Both the position numbers and the translations under genes were made by a program. Under the pieces are notes generated by a model. The model was not told where the DNA came from. It worked only from the letters and a program-made list of their open reading frames with translations, and did no database searches. A stretch of 64,000 bases of DNA from Patescibacteria group bacterium (GTDB lineage: Bacteria > Patescibacteriota > Minisyncoccia > Phycocordibacterales > BOKC01): assembly GCA_038062955.1 (NCBI GenBank), contig JBBTWE010000001.1, positions 453,640 to 517,639 on the forward strand, written 5' to 3'. Shown here piece by piece: positions 39,800 to 48,692 of the stretch. Every line of letters begins with the position of its first letter. The stretch's first letter is position 1.

Positions 39800-40055
39800 A
39801 TAATTTATCCATTATAATCTATCATTTACAAATATCATCATAGTATCAAAAGAAATTATATGACACGGTGATTGGTGTCTAGACATAGGTTAAATATACA
39901 AAAAAGCGACCGTATGCTAAAAGAAAATTTTCATTTGACAATAATTGTCAAAAGTATTAGGGTTAATTTGGATCAACTGAGACTTGTCTTCATCAACATT
40001 TGGTGATGGCAATACTTTTCGTCTCAGGGTTCTTTCAAAAAAAGTTGGTAGAGAC

Positions 40056-40244
40056 ATGAGCCATCAGCAGATACCCGAGCAGGGCAAGGTCACGTTGTGT
40101 GGAGTAGAGGGATGTTGTCCCACAATCGACTTCACGGATCCTCACAAGGTGATTCTGAAGGACGACTTCGGTGGTCAAGTACAACTCACGCACGATCAGT
40201 GGGATGATCTGAAGACCAAGTTCTCGAAGGCCCATCAGGCCTGA
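40056..40244 (+). CDS. GC-rich small Cys-containing protein, DUF397-like (62 aa; ORF opens at 39984)
   Basis: LCGVEGCCP...VILKDDFGGQVQLTHDQWDDLKTKF resembles the DUF397 pattern C.EVA...V.VRDSKDP.GP.L.FT..EW..F. Immediately upstream of a radical-SAM/SPASM enzyme. Confidence 0.5.
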   Translation: MSHQQIPEQGKVTLCGVEGCCPTIDFTDPHKVILKDDFGGQVQLTHDQWDDLKTKFSKAHQA

Positions 40245-40347
40245 GCGGTTCTGGCATCGTGTACGATGTCAGGCTATCAGCTCTCAGCTACGCAAGTGGT
40301 TGGGAGCTGTTTCATTATTTACTAACCCCATTAGAGGATACAAGCAC

Positions 40348-41679
40348 ATGCTGTCCCGATATCTTTGCGTTCAGGAGAGAGATGGTGTTGTGGCGTTATT
40401 CCACGAACTTCATCCCGATCCTATCTTCTGTTCTTTAGATCAGTGGAAAAATCTTCTCGGTGGAATTATTGACGGTATCGAAGCGCTTCTTACTAAACTA
40501 AGAGAGCTCAGACTTATTGTCGATACACCCGAAGATGACGACCGTGAGTTTAAGCTAGTCGCCACTGCTCTTGAGCGTAAGCTCAACCAGCCGACAATCC
40601 TTTATCTCATGACATCTCAGGGTTGCAACTTTGGTTGTAAATACTGTCCTGTGCCGGAAACTGCAAAAAAGTACGGTGAATCGCTCCTTTCTAAAGAAGA
40701 TGCCGTCGCAGGCATTGATCTGTGGCAAGAACACATCACGGATGTGTACGACCCCGCCTTGAGATATTTCGTCATCTTCTATGGTGGCGAACCATTACTC
40801 AACCAAGCAGTGATCAAGGATTCCTTAAAGCATATCAAGACGAAGAAAGACGCCGGCAAATTGCCAGCAGACCTCAACATCATGATTGCAACAAATGGAT
40901 CCTTAGTGAACGCTGAAACCATTGCTTTATGTAAAGAATATGAAGTGATGGTTGCCGTTGGACTCGATGGTCCCAAATCACCAAACGACATACTGAAAGT
41001 GGATAGGGATGGTGCCGGAACGTATGATTTGATCGTCTCGACAATCAAATTACTCGTTCAACACGGAATCAGAACATTCGCATCAGTAAGTATCACACCC
41101 TTCAACATCGAACAGATTGCGGAGTATTCTGAATTTTTCAGTGAATTGGGAGTCGAAAAATTTGGCTTCAATTTTCTGAAGGGTCGACTACTTCTCGAAC
41201 TGGTTGGTCATGATGGTTTGAATAGCTACTATCGGCAGGCTTCGCATGGCATTATCGAGAATGCTCGCCGCCAGAGCAAGCCCGGATTTGAATACCAGAT
41301 GGAGAAGAAGCAAGTTGCTTTCGACAATAAGGATTTCTTCCCTGTCGACTGTACCTGCTATGGAAATCAACTGGTGATCCAACCTGACGGACAGATTTCC
41401 AATTGCCCATTTTTCAAAGCCTGGCTCGGCCAAGCAAGAGAGGTGAGCAAAGATTTTCGCATTTGGGATCAGCCAATCGTCAAGGAATGGCGGAAACGCT
41501 TACCTCTTTATCACTCAGGGCAAGCAAAAGCTATGTGTGGAGGTGGGTGTGCATGGAGTTCAAGCGAACTGAAAGGAAGTCCGCTTGCTGTTGATGATTC
41601 AAGTTCCATCTTTTCAAAGGAAGTACTCAATGAACTCATCTGGTCACGATACGACCGGGCCGAGTCTCAGAAAGCCTAG
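40348..41679 (+). CDS. Radical SAM/SPASM-domain enzyme with N-terminal RRE (PqqD-like) domain; putative peptide or protein maturase
   Basis: CNFGCKYC (CxxxCxxC), SPASM Cys clusters CTCYGNQLVIQPDGQISNC and CGGGCAW. N-terminal roughly 85 aa (ERDGVVALFHEL...SLDQWKNLLGG) fit the RRE pattern. RBS agagga before ATG at 40348. Confidence 0.7.
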   Translation: MLSRYLCVQERDGVVALFHELHPDPIFCSLDQWKNLLGGIIDGIEALLTKLRELRLIVDTPEDDDREFKLVATALERKLNQPTILYLMTSQGCNFGCKYCPVPETAKKYGESLLSKEDAVAGIDLWQEHITDVYDPALRYFVIFYGGEPLLNQAVIKDSLKHIKTKKDAGKLPADLNIMIATNGSLVNAETIALCKEYEVMVAVGLDGPKSPNDILKVDRDGAGTYDLIVSTIKLLVQHGIRTFASVSITPFNIEQIAEYSEFFSELGVEKFGFNFLKGRLLLELVGHDGLNSYYRQASHGIIENARRQSKPGFEYQMEKKQVAFDNKDFFPVDCTCYGNQLVIQPDGQISNCPFFKAWLGQAREVSKDFRIWDQPIVKEWRKRLPLYHSGQAKAMCGGGCAWSSSELKGSPLAVDDSSSIFSKEVLNELIWSRYDRAESQKA

Positions 41680-42478
41680 TCTTGGGATTATCGGGGGCTC
41701 GGGAATGTGTGCATTTCCCGAACTCAAGGTAATCTCAAGACTACGGCCTGAGACAAAGTACGGTCTTCCGTCAGACGAAATCGCGATCTGCGAGCATGAC
41801 GGACAACTCATTGCTTTCTTGCCGAGACACGGCTCGAAGCATACGCTGGCACCACACAAGGTGCCGTACAAGGCAAACCTTGCAGCCCTGAAGAAGATCG
41901 GGGTCGAATATGTCATCGGAACCTGTATTGTCGGAAGCCTTAAAAAAGAGATCGCTCCCGGCAGTCTGGTAATCCCTGACCAATTCGTCAATCTAACTTG
42001 GGGTCGTGACGACCATTCAGAGGCAGATGGAGGTTCATTCGTCCATCTGCCAATGGGGGAGCCGTACTGTGGCCACCTTCGCAAGAAGATCATGGAGCAA
42101 TCTGTTGCTACTCAGACAGCAATAATTCCGCAAGGGACGGTTGCTGTGATACAAGGTCCGCGATTCTCAACCACTGCAGAAAGCCGATGGTTTTCTGCGA
42201 ACGGATGGGACATCGTCAACATGACTCAGTATCCAGAGTGCTACTTTGCACGCGAACTCGGACTCTGTTACGCAGCAATTGCAGCGGTAACGGATTACGA
42301 TGTCGGTCTTCAGGAAAATCTTGTCATTGATCCGCGTCACATGGACGCTGTGCTCGTTGTCTTTAAGGACAACATTCGAAAAACAAAGAACTTCTTATTA
42401 GCCTTTATCGAAAGTGCGCTTGGTGATCTTTCGTGCAAATGCGCATCTGTCGTACTAAAGGCCTATTACGAAGCATAG
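41630..42478 (+). CDS. S-methyl-5'-thioadenosine / 5'-deoxyadenosine phosphorylase-like (PNP/MTAP family)
   Basis: GIIGGSG N-terminal motif, PNP_UDP_1 fold pattern. Overlaps the rSAM gene 3' end. Confidence 0.7.
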   Translation: MNSSGHDTTGPSLRKPSLGIIGGSGMCAFPELKVISRLRPETKYGLPSDEIAICEHDGQLIAFLPRHGSKHTLAPHKVPYKANLAALKKIGVEYVIGTCIVGSLKKEIAPGSLVIPDQFVNLTWGRDDHSEADGGSFVHLPMGEPYCGHLRKKIMEQSVATQTAIIPQGTVAVIQGPRFSTTAESRWFSANGWDIVNMTQYPECYFARELGLCYAAIAAVTDYDVGLQENLVIDPRHMDAVLVVFKDNIRKTKNFLLAFIESALGDLSCKCASVVLKAYYEA

Positions 42479-42490
42479 GTGTGAAAACAC

Positions 42491-42525
42491 TCCCCCGCTG
42501 AAGAATATTCTCAGCGGGGTTTTTA
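42491..42525 (+). terminator. Intrinsic terminator (ccccgctga...tcagcgggg plus T-run)
   Basis: Follows the phosphorylase gene. Confidence 0.7.
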
Positions 42526-42622
42526 TTGACCCACCTTGCTATCATTAGCGTCTCATGTTACTTTATCGTAGGAACAGTACATTTACAGTGTTATAATATG
42601 CCCACAAACAAAGGAGACAATC

Positions 42623-44299
42623 ATGCTACAAGCAAAACACATTCAAAAAAGCTACGGCGCTCTGACTGTGCTTGCTGATGTCTCCTTCTCCTTGGCTAAA
42701 GGGCAGAAGGTGGCATTAGTCGGCGACAACGGGATTGGTAAGACAACTATTCTCAAGATCATTGCCGGACTGACGGAGCCTGACGCTGGCGAGATCGAAC
42801 TCGCCAAGAATACGTACATCGGATATCTCCCGCAGGATACCAGTCTATCGGGCAATGAAACGATCAGTGCGTATTTGAGGCGGATCACAGGCATTGATGC
42901 CCTTGAGCAAAAACTCGAGGCACTTGCTTCTCACCTTGAGGACAAGGCGAAGACGGATGAGTACGGGGACGCACACGAGCAATACGAGCGTCTCGACGGC
43001 TATGCCTTTGAGCATCGCATCAAAGTGATGCTTGCAGGTTTCGGTTTTGATAACATCGGTATTGATCATCGTCTGTCCGGTTTAAGTAGCGGACAGAAAA
43101 GCAAAGTGATGCTAGCGGGGATTCTCCTCAAAGGTGTCGATCTCTTGCTTCTCGATGAGCCGACGAACAATCTTGATCTGCCAGCACTCATCTGGCTTGA
43201 GGATTTCCTCCGGAAGTCCAATGCCGCTTGCATTGTCATTTCTCATGACCGTCGGTTTCTTGACCGAGTTGTGAAGAAAATCTTCGAGCTTGACCGGCAT
43301 ACGCGCGTACTCAACATTTCAGGAGGCACATACAGTGACTATCTTGCAGTGGTGGCGAAGCGCGTTGCTCGACAAAAGGAAGAATATCGACTCCAACAGG
43401 AGGAGATAGAACGCCTTTCCGATCAGGCACGACAGCAGAGAGTTGCTTCGGCTAAGGGGTCAAACTGGCAAGGAAGCGACAATGACAAGTTCTCGCGAGG
43501 TTTCAAGCGAGACCGTGCAGGAAGATCTGGCAGAAAAGCTAAAATACTCGAAAAGCGAATCGATCAGATGGAAAAAGTTGAAAAACTCATCGAACGCGCT
43601 CCGTTTGAGATTCCGCTTAAGGCCGAAGTTGGTCCCGGAACGCTTGATATCCGTCTCCTCGACGTGGTAGCAGGATACACGGACGGCTTCAGTATCGGTC
43701 CTGTGTCATTTGAAGCACGGTATGAGAGCAGAGTTGGCATCATGGGCTTAAACGGTGCCGGGAAGTCAACACTACTCAAGACTATTACCGGCCAACTGGC
43801 GGCACGTAGCGGCACGATCGAGATTGGTTCCGGTGTTAAAATCGGAAACATGATGCAGGAGCATGAAAGCCTGCCTCGTGATTGCACGCTTTTTGAGTTT
43901 CTTAAGGAGCGTGCGGGGCTCAAAGACAACGAGGTCTACAGTCAGCTCGCAAAGTTTGGCCTCCAAGAAGGTCAAGTGAAGCAGCCAATCAGTACTCTGA
44001 GTCCTGGTGGCCGTGCTCGATTGCTTCTGGCCTTATTTTCTGCTCAGTCGGTCAACGTGTTGGTCCTCGACGAGCCTACAAATCACCTCGATCTTGAGGC
44101 GCTCGAAGCTCTAGAGGAAACGATCGAAGCCTATCGAGGAACAATATTGCTCGTGTCTCACGATCGATACTTTCTCGAAAAAGCACGACTTGATTCCACG
44201 TATACATTGTCGGAAGGGGTTCTCACCAAAATTCCTGATTACAAAACGTATGTGGCACAAGCCGAGGAGCGAGCATTGCAGCTCTTGAAGTCACTGTAG
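42623..44299 (+). CDS. ABC-F family ATPase (two ABC domains, no transmembrane domain)
   Basis: Two Walker A sites (GDNGIGKTT, GLNGAGKST), two LSGGQ-type signatures (LSSGQKSKV, LSPGGRARL), charged linker. 558 aa. GC-rich. Strong RBS aaaggagacaatcATG. Confidence 0.8.
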   Translation: MLQAKHIQKSYGALTVLADVSFSLAKGQKVALVGDNGIGKTTILKIIAGLTEPDAGEIELAKNTYIGYLPQDTSLSGNETISAYLRRITGIDALEQKLEALASHLEDKAKTDEYGDAHEQYERLDGYAFEHRIKVMLAGFGFDNIGIDHRLSGLSSGQKSKVMLAGILLKGVDLLLLDEPTNNLDLPALIWLEDFLRKSNAACIVISHDRRFLDRVVKKIFELDRHTRVLNISGGTYSDYLAVVAKRVARQKEEYRLQQEEIERLSDQARQQRVASAKGSNWQGSDNDKFSRGFKRDRAGRSGRKAKILEKRIDQMEKVEKLIERAPFEIPLKAEVGPGTLDIRLLDVVAGYTDGFSIGPVSFEARYESRVGIMGLNGAGKSTLLKTITGQLAARSGTIEIGSGVKIGNMMQEHESLPRDCTLFEFLKERAGLKDNEVYSQLAKFGLQEGQVKQPISTLSPGGRARLLLALFSAQSVNVLVLDEPTNHLDLEALEALEETIEAYRGTILLVSHDRYFLEKARLDSTYTLSEGVLTKIPDYKTYVAQAEERALQLLKSL

Positions 44300-44304
44300 T
44301 TCAT

Positions 44305-44345
44305 GAACCCGGGAGAGCGAAAGCTTTTCCCGGGTTCTTTTTTAA
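44305..44345 (+). terminator. Intrinsic terminator (aacccggga...tcccgggtt plus T-run)
   Basis: Follows the ABC-F stop. The first 16 codons of ORF 44303 run through it, so the downstream gene start is moved to 44351. Confidence 0.7.
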
Positions 44346-44350
44346 CCATG

Positions 44351-44989
44351 ATCAAATCAGAACGTATAGCGAAAAGAATAAGCCAAGAAATAAAAGTGTG
44401 GAAGAAAAACCATGCTAAATTAGTCGTGGCTATTGATGGATATGCTGGCTCTGGAAAAACCACTGTAGCTGATTTCATTGCAAAGCAAAATAGCGATATC
44501 TTAGTGGTACATATTGATGATTTTATTAATCATTGGGAGAACAGAAAACAGATGATAGACAGTGCCAAAGATAAATCAAAAATCTTTGAATATAATTGGT
44601 ATCGATATGACGACATGAAAAGACTCATCGAAGAATTTTTGAATAAAAAGATTGGGACAATTCAATTTCAAACATACGATTATATTAAAAATGATTTTGG
44701 TCCAGAACAATCATTTGATCTTTCAAAGAAAATTTTACTGATAGATGGAATATTTCTATTTCATCCTAAACACCCGATAATTAAGTTGATGGATAAAAAG
44801 ATTTATCTTGACGCTAATTTCGATAAAGCAGATAAAAAAAGAATTTTGAGAGAAAAAAATAAATTGGGCAAATCACACGTTCCTGAGAATCATCCAGATA
44901 ACTGGATTCAATATTTTAAGATAGCTTATAAAAGATATATAAAAGAATATAATCCTGCGAAAAAAGCAGATTTAGTTTTTCGGGTTTAA
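44351..44989 (+). CDS. P-loop nucleoside/nucleotide kinase (uridine-kinase-like)
   Basis: VVAIDGYAGSGKTTVADFIA Walker A with the uridine-kinase-type context. Confidence 0.55.
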   Translation: MKSERIAKRISQEIKVWKKNHAKLVVAIDGYAGSGKTTVADFIAKQNSDILVVHIDDFINHWENRKQMIDSAKDKSKIFEYNWYRYDDMKRLIEEFLNKKIGTIQFQTYDYIKNDFGPEQSFDLSKKILLIDGIFLFHPKHPIIKLMDKKIYLDANFDKADKKRILREKNKLGKSHVPENHPDNWIQYFKIAYKRYIKEYNPAKKADLVFRV

Positions 44990-45019
44990 ATCAAAAGTTA
45001 TAAAATAACTGTTCTAATC

Positions 45020-45418
45020 ATGCTCAAACCAAAACGTATAGCCCGAGGAATAATTCTGAATAATGACAAGATATTGCTCTGCAAAAACCTGAAACACGGC
45101 TCTTATTTTTTGCCTGGCGGTCATATAGAAAATGAAGAATCTGCTCAAAATGCTCTTGCAAGAGAGGTACGAGAAGAGATGGGTAAAGTTGTTTTATCAA
45201 GCAAGAAAATATCTGGGGTTGAAAATACTTTTACAGAAGACGACATCGAACACAGAGAGGTTATTTATTTGTACTCTGTAGAACTCCAAGATTATGAAAA
45301 CATTAAAAGCTTAGAAGATCACATCGATTTTGAGTGGATATTGATCACTGATTTTTCAAAGATCAATTTCAGACCAGAAAAAATGACTCGGGTTGTACTT
45401 AAAAATATAAAAAAATAA
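45020..45418 (+). CDS. NUDIX hydrolase
   Basis: Nudix box GGHIENEESAQNALAREVREEMG. Confidence 0.8.
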   Translation: MLKPKRIARGIILNNDKILLCKNLKHGSYFLPGGHIENEESAQNALAREVREEMGKVVLSSKKISGVENTFTEDDIEHREVIYLYSVELQDYENIKSLEDHIDFEWILITDFSKINFRPEKMTRVVLKNIKK

Positions 45419-45892
45419 ATGCCAAAAAAATTTACGGAAGAAGAATACGCTAAAATTCTCCCAAAGAAGCGAGTTGGAGCAGGAGTTTTATTTTTTAACA
45501 CAAAGGGTGAACTACTTATTGTAAAACCGGATTATAGAAAAGAGTGGCTTGTACCAGGAGGAGTCACTGACGAAAATGAATCTCCACTTCACTCTGCGGT
45601 TAGAGAAGTAAAAGAAGAGATCGGGCTTGATGTGACAGAATTAAAATTGGTGGGAGTATATTACGGACCGAAAAATGGAATTTTCACTGATTCGCTTAAA
45701 TTCATCTTTTCAGGTGGTGTTTTAACTGAAGATCAGATTGCTCGCATTAAATTGCAAAAGGAAGAATTGGAAGAATACAGATTCGTTTCCATAGAAAACG
45801 CACTATCCGTTTTATCTATAAGTTTACAGAAAAGCATACCAGCATGTTTAAAAGCTATTAAAAATAAAACGGTCGCTTATATAGAAATATAG
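45419..45892 (+). CDS. NUDIX hydrolase (tandem second copy)
   Basis: Nudix box PGGVTDENESPLHSAVREVKEEIGL. Confidence 0.8.
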   Translation: MPKKFTEEEYAKILPKKRVGAGVLFFNTKGELLIVKPDYRKEWLVPGGVTDENESPLHSAVREVKEEIGLDVTELKLVGVYYGPKNGIFTDSLKFIFSGGVLTEDQIARIKLQKEELEEYRFVSIENALSVLSISLQKSIPACLKAIKNKTVAYIEI

Positions 45893-45914
45893 ATTACTGA
45901 GTGAACAGAAAAAA

Positions 45915-46151
45915 TTAAACTTTGAGTTTCGTTTCTACCACACGCATTTTGTCTTCCAACCTCTCCATCCTGTTTTCCAATCCCCTAATTAAAAGATTTT
46001 CAATCCTATCCAATCTTTCTTCGACTTTATCGAATCTCTTATCTACCTGTTCAAACCTTTCATCTACCTTATCGAACCTTTCATCAACATTCTTAAACCC
46101 TTTCTGAGTCATCACGGCTAAATCTTCAATTGTCATTTTCTTTTTTATCAT
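45915..46151 (-). CDS. Small coiled-coil protein built on a 21-bp (7-aa) tandem repeat
   Basis: VDERFDK / VDERFEQ / VDKRFDK / VEERLDR repeats. DNA repeat unit ttatcgaa(t/c)c(t/c)tt(a/c)atc(t/a)acc, four copies. Confidence 0.45.
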   Translation of the reverse strand: MIKKKMTIEDLAVMTQKGFKNVDERFDKVDERFEQVDKRFDKVEERLDRIENLLIRGLENRMERLEDKMRVVETKLKV

Positions 46152-46214
46152 ATTTGAAGATATTTTAACATATCTAGACCTACGGAGAAAATAGAGATAA
46201 AAGTGTAAATTTCA

Positions 46215-48017
46215 CTACTGGTGCAGGCCGATTTGGAGTTCATAGAGCTTTCTGTATTCCCCATTTTCTATTTTTAGAAGTTCGTCGTGATTGCCTCTCT
46301 CTACTATCGTTCCGTCTTTAAACACAAAAATTTTATCTGCTTTTCGGACAGTACTCAAGCGATGAGCAATGATGAAAGTGGTTTTGCCTTTCATAAGTTT
46401 TTCGAGAGACTCAGTGATTATTTTTTCTGATCCGGCATCGAGAGCAGAAGTTGGTTCATCGAGAACAAGTATTTTTGGATTTCTTAAAATTGCACGAGCA
46501 ATCGCGATCCTTTGTTTTTGACCAACAGAAAGTTTAATCCCTCGCTCCCCCACAATTTGCTCCCATTTAAGAGGAAATTTTTCGATAAATTCCAAGGCAT
46601 GTGCTTTTCGAGCGGCATCTATAATCTCTTTATCACTCGCATTGAAATTGCCGTATTTGATGTTCATTTCTATTGTGTCATTAAACAAAACGACTTCTTG
46701 CGGCACTACAGCAATCTGAGAACGGAGACTCCGTAAATTAATATTCCCTATTCTTTGTCCATCGATTAGAATTTGGCCTTTATCGGGAAAATGATAAGCC
46801 GAAATAAGGTCAATAAGAGTGCTTTTGCCCACTCCCGATTCGCCAACCAAAGCTATTACTTCCCCAGACTTCACAGAAAAAGAAACATCTTGCAGAACAG
46901 TTTTGTCTGCCTCATAAGAAAAATAGGTATTTTTAAATTCTATATCTCCTTTCAAATTGAGCTTAATGCTTCCGTGAGAGTCATAGTTCTCTGGTGAAAG
47001 TCCAAGAATCTTTTCGGTTTCTTGTAAATTTACAATGCCATTATGAATAGTTTGCCAACTACGAACAATCGCGATAAACGGTCCAAAAACCATTGCCGCA
47101 TAAGCATTAAAAGCCAAGAGTTCACCTATGGTCATATCTCCTTTCGAAATATAAAATACGGAAAGCACAAAGATCACTACTTGGGTAAATAAAATAATAA
47201 ACCGCTGAAAAAGCGTAAGGATACCCCAAATTTTAGTTATGGATACCCATGGAGACATCGCCCCACTCATACTATTTTCAATCCTCTCACCCTCATACAC
47301 TTCTGCACTAGCTTGCTTAACGGCCAAAGTATTTTCTGTGGCGTCATAGGCAATACCGAATGATTTTGATATTTTATCGTGATATTCTTTCTGGTGACCT
47401 CCGAGCGGCTGCACTTTTCGAAGAAGAACAAGTATGTAGATTATGAGCCCAGCAATCAAAACACAAGCGAGTACAGGTTTAATATAAAAAGCAACAATAA
47501 AAGCAATCAGAATACTGAGAATTTGTGGGGCAAGATCGATAATAATATTGCCAGTCAACACTTCAAGAGCATATGCTGATTGAGTAATTTTACTGCCGAT
47601 TTCTCCAATTTTTTGTTTTTTATGAAAAGAGATAGGTAACGTTAAAAGAAATCCGAAGCCTTTAGCAATATAATCCGACCACACGTAGAAACCCAAATAT
47701 TCGCTCATTAAATTAAGTCGCCAATCTAAAACATAAGTAATAAGTTGAATGACAAACCACGTCAAAAGTAAAATTGCGTAAAACGGAAAGACAACATCCA
47801 AAATACTGATCGAGGTTCGAACAATTATTGAATCAAAAAATTTACCAATAATAAAAGGGATTAAGCCATTTCCAATAGCAGAAAAGATACCCATCAAACT
47901 TAAAGAGATGAGATGTTTTTTATATTGACTCAAATAGGAAATTAAAATTTTAAAGCCAGTATATAGGCCTTCTTTGGTCAATTTTTCTATTTCTGTTTTG
48001 TCTTGATCCTGTGTCAT
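46215..48017 (-). CDS. ABC exporter, fused permease-ATPase (MsbA/type I exporter-like)
   Basis: Six N-terminal TM helices. Walker A GESGVGKST, signature LSVGQKQR, Walker B LVLDEPTSALD. Confidence 0.85.
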   Translation of the reverse strand: MTQDQDKTEIEKLTKEGLYTGFKILISYLSQYKKHLISLSLMGIFSAIGNGLIPFIIGKFFDSIIVRTSISILDVVFPFYAILLLTWFVIQLITYVLDWRLNLMSEYLGFYVWSDYIAKGFGFLLTLPISFHKKQKIGEIGSKITQSAYALEVLTGNIIIDLAPQILSILIAFIVAFYIKPVLACVLIAGLIIYILVLLRKVQPLGGHQKEYHDKISKSFGIAYDATENTLAVKQASAEVYEGERIENSMSGAMSPWVSITKIWGILTLFQRFIILFTQVVIFVLSVFYISKGDMTIGELLAFNAYAAMVFGPFIAIVRSWQTIHNGIVNLQETEKILGLSPENYDSHGSIKLNLKGDIEFKNTYFSYEADKTVLQDVSFSVKSGEVIALVGESGVGKSTLIDLISAYHFPDKGQILIDGQRIGNINLRSLRSQIAVVPQEVVLFNDTIEMNIKYGNFNASDKEIIDAARKAHALEFIEKFPLKWEQIVGERGIKLSVGQKQRIAIARAILRNPKILVLDEPTSALDAGSEKIITESLEKLMKGKTTFIIAHRLSTVRKADKIFVFKDGTIVERGNHDELLKIENGEYRKLYELQIGLHQ

Positions 48018-48046
48018 TCAAAGGATAATACCACAAGAAAAAGAAA

Positions 48047-48616
48047 TTAGTCTTTTGAGATGGTTTTAATGAATTGTTTTATATTTTTAATCGACTTATT
48101 TAGCACAGCATCATAAATTTCTTGTCCTGAAATATCCAAATTATGATCATTCCTATATTTTTTGAACGATAAAATTAATTCTCTTTGCTCACCTGTTAGA
48201 ACAACGTCGCCGATATTTAGAAATTTCTTTTTTCGATCTTCAAATTCTGCTCTTCCCACAAACCAAATATCTACTTTCCATTTTTCTTCCCCCAATCTTT
48301 GTTTTAAACCTATGTAATGTCCATGGGGAAATTCAGCGCCTTTACGACTATCATCCCAATCACCTTTTATAAAATAACTTCTAAACTTACCTTTCAAATA
48401 AAGAAATTTCAGTATATCCAAAACTTCTTCCGCTAAATAAGGATTTTCTCGAACAACGGTAATATCAATATCACCATGCATCATAACGTTCCCTGCATAA
48501 GCACCGGAAAAGAAAACATCACCAAAACTCTTCAGCTGACTGATAAGATCTGTCTCCTGTAGCAAAATATCTGCATTATTTTTAAACTTTCCGCTTGTTT
48601 GAGAGAGTTGAGACAT
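48047..48616 (-). CDS. Nucleotidyltransferase-fold protein (minimal NTase-like)
   Basis: FFSGAYAGNVMMHGDIDITVV fits the GS-x(9-13)-DxD NTase motif. Stop is 30 nt upstream of the ABC exporter start. Confidence 0.45.
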   Translation of the reverse strand: MSQLSQTSGKFKNNADILLQETDLISQLKSFGDVFFSGAYAGNVMMHGDIDITVVRENPYLAEEVLDILKFLYLKGKFRSYFIKGDWDDSRKGAEFPHGHYIGLKQRLGEEKWKVDIWFVGRAEFEDRKKKFLNIGDVVLTGEQRELILSFKKYRNDHNLDISGQEIYDAVLNKSIKNIKQFIKTISKD

Positions 48617-48692
48617 ATATCTATTATACTACTTTGTCTTTTTCTATAAAAAGTTATAATGAAAGGCGGGAGTAAGCCTTAAATTAACTTAC

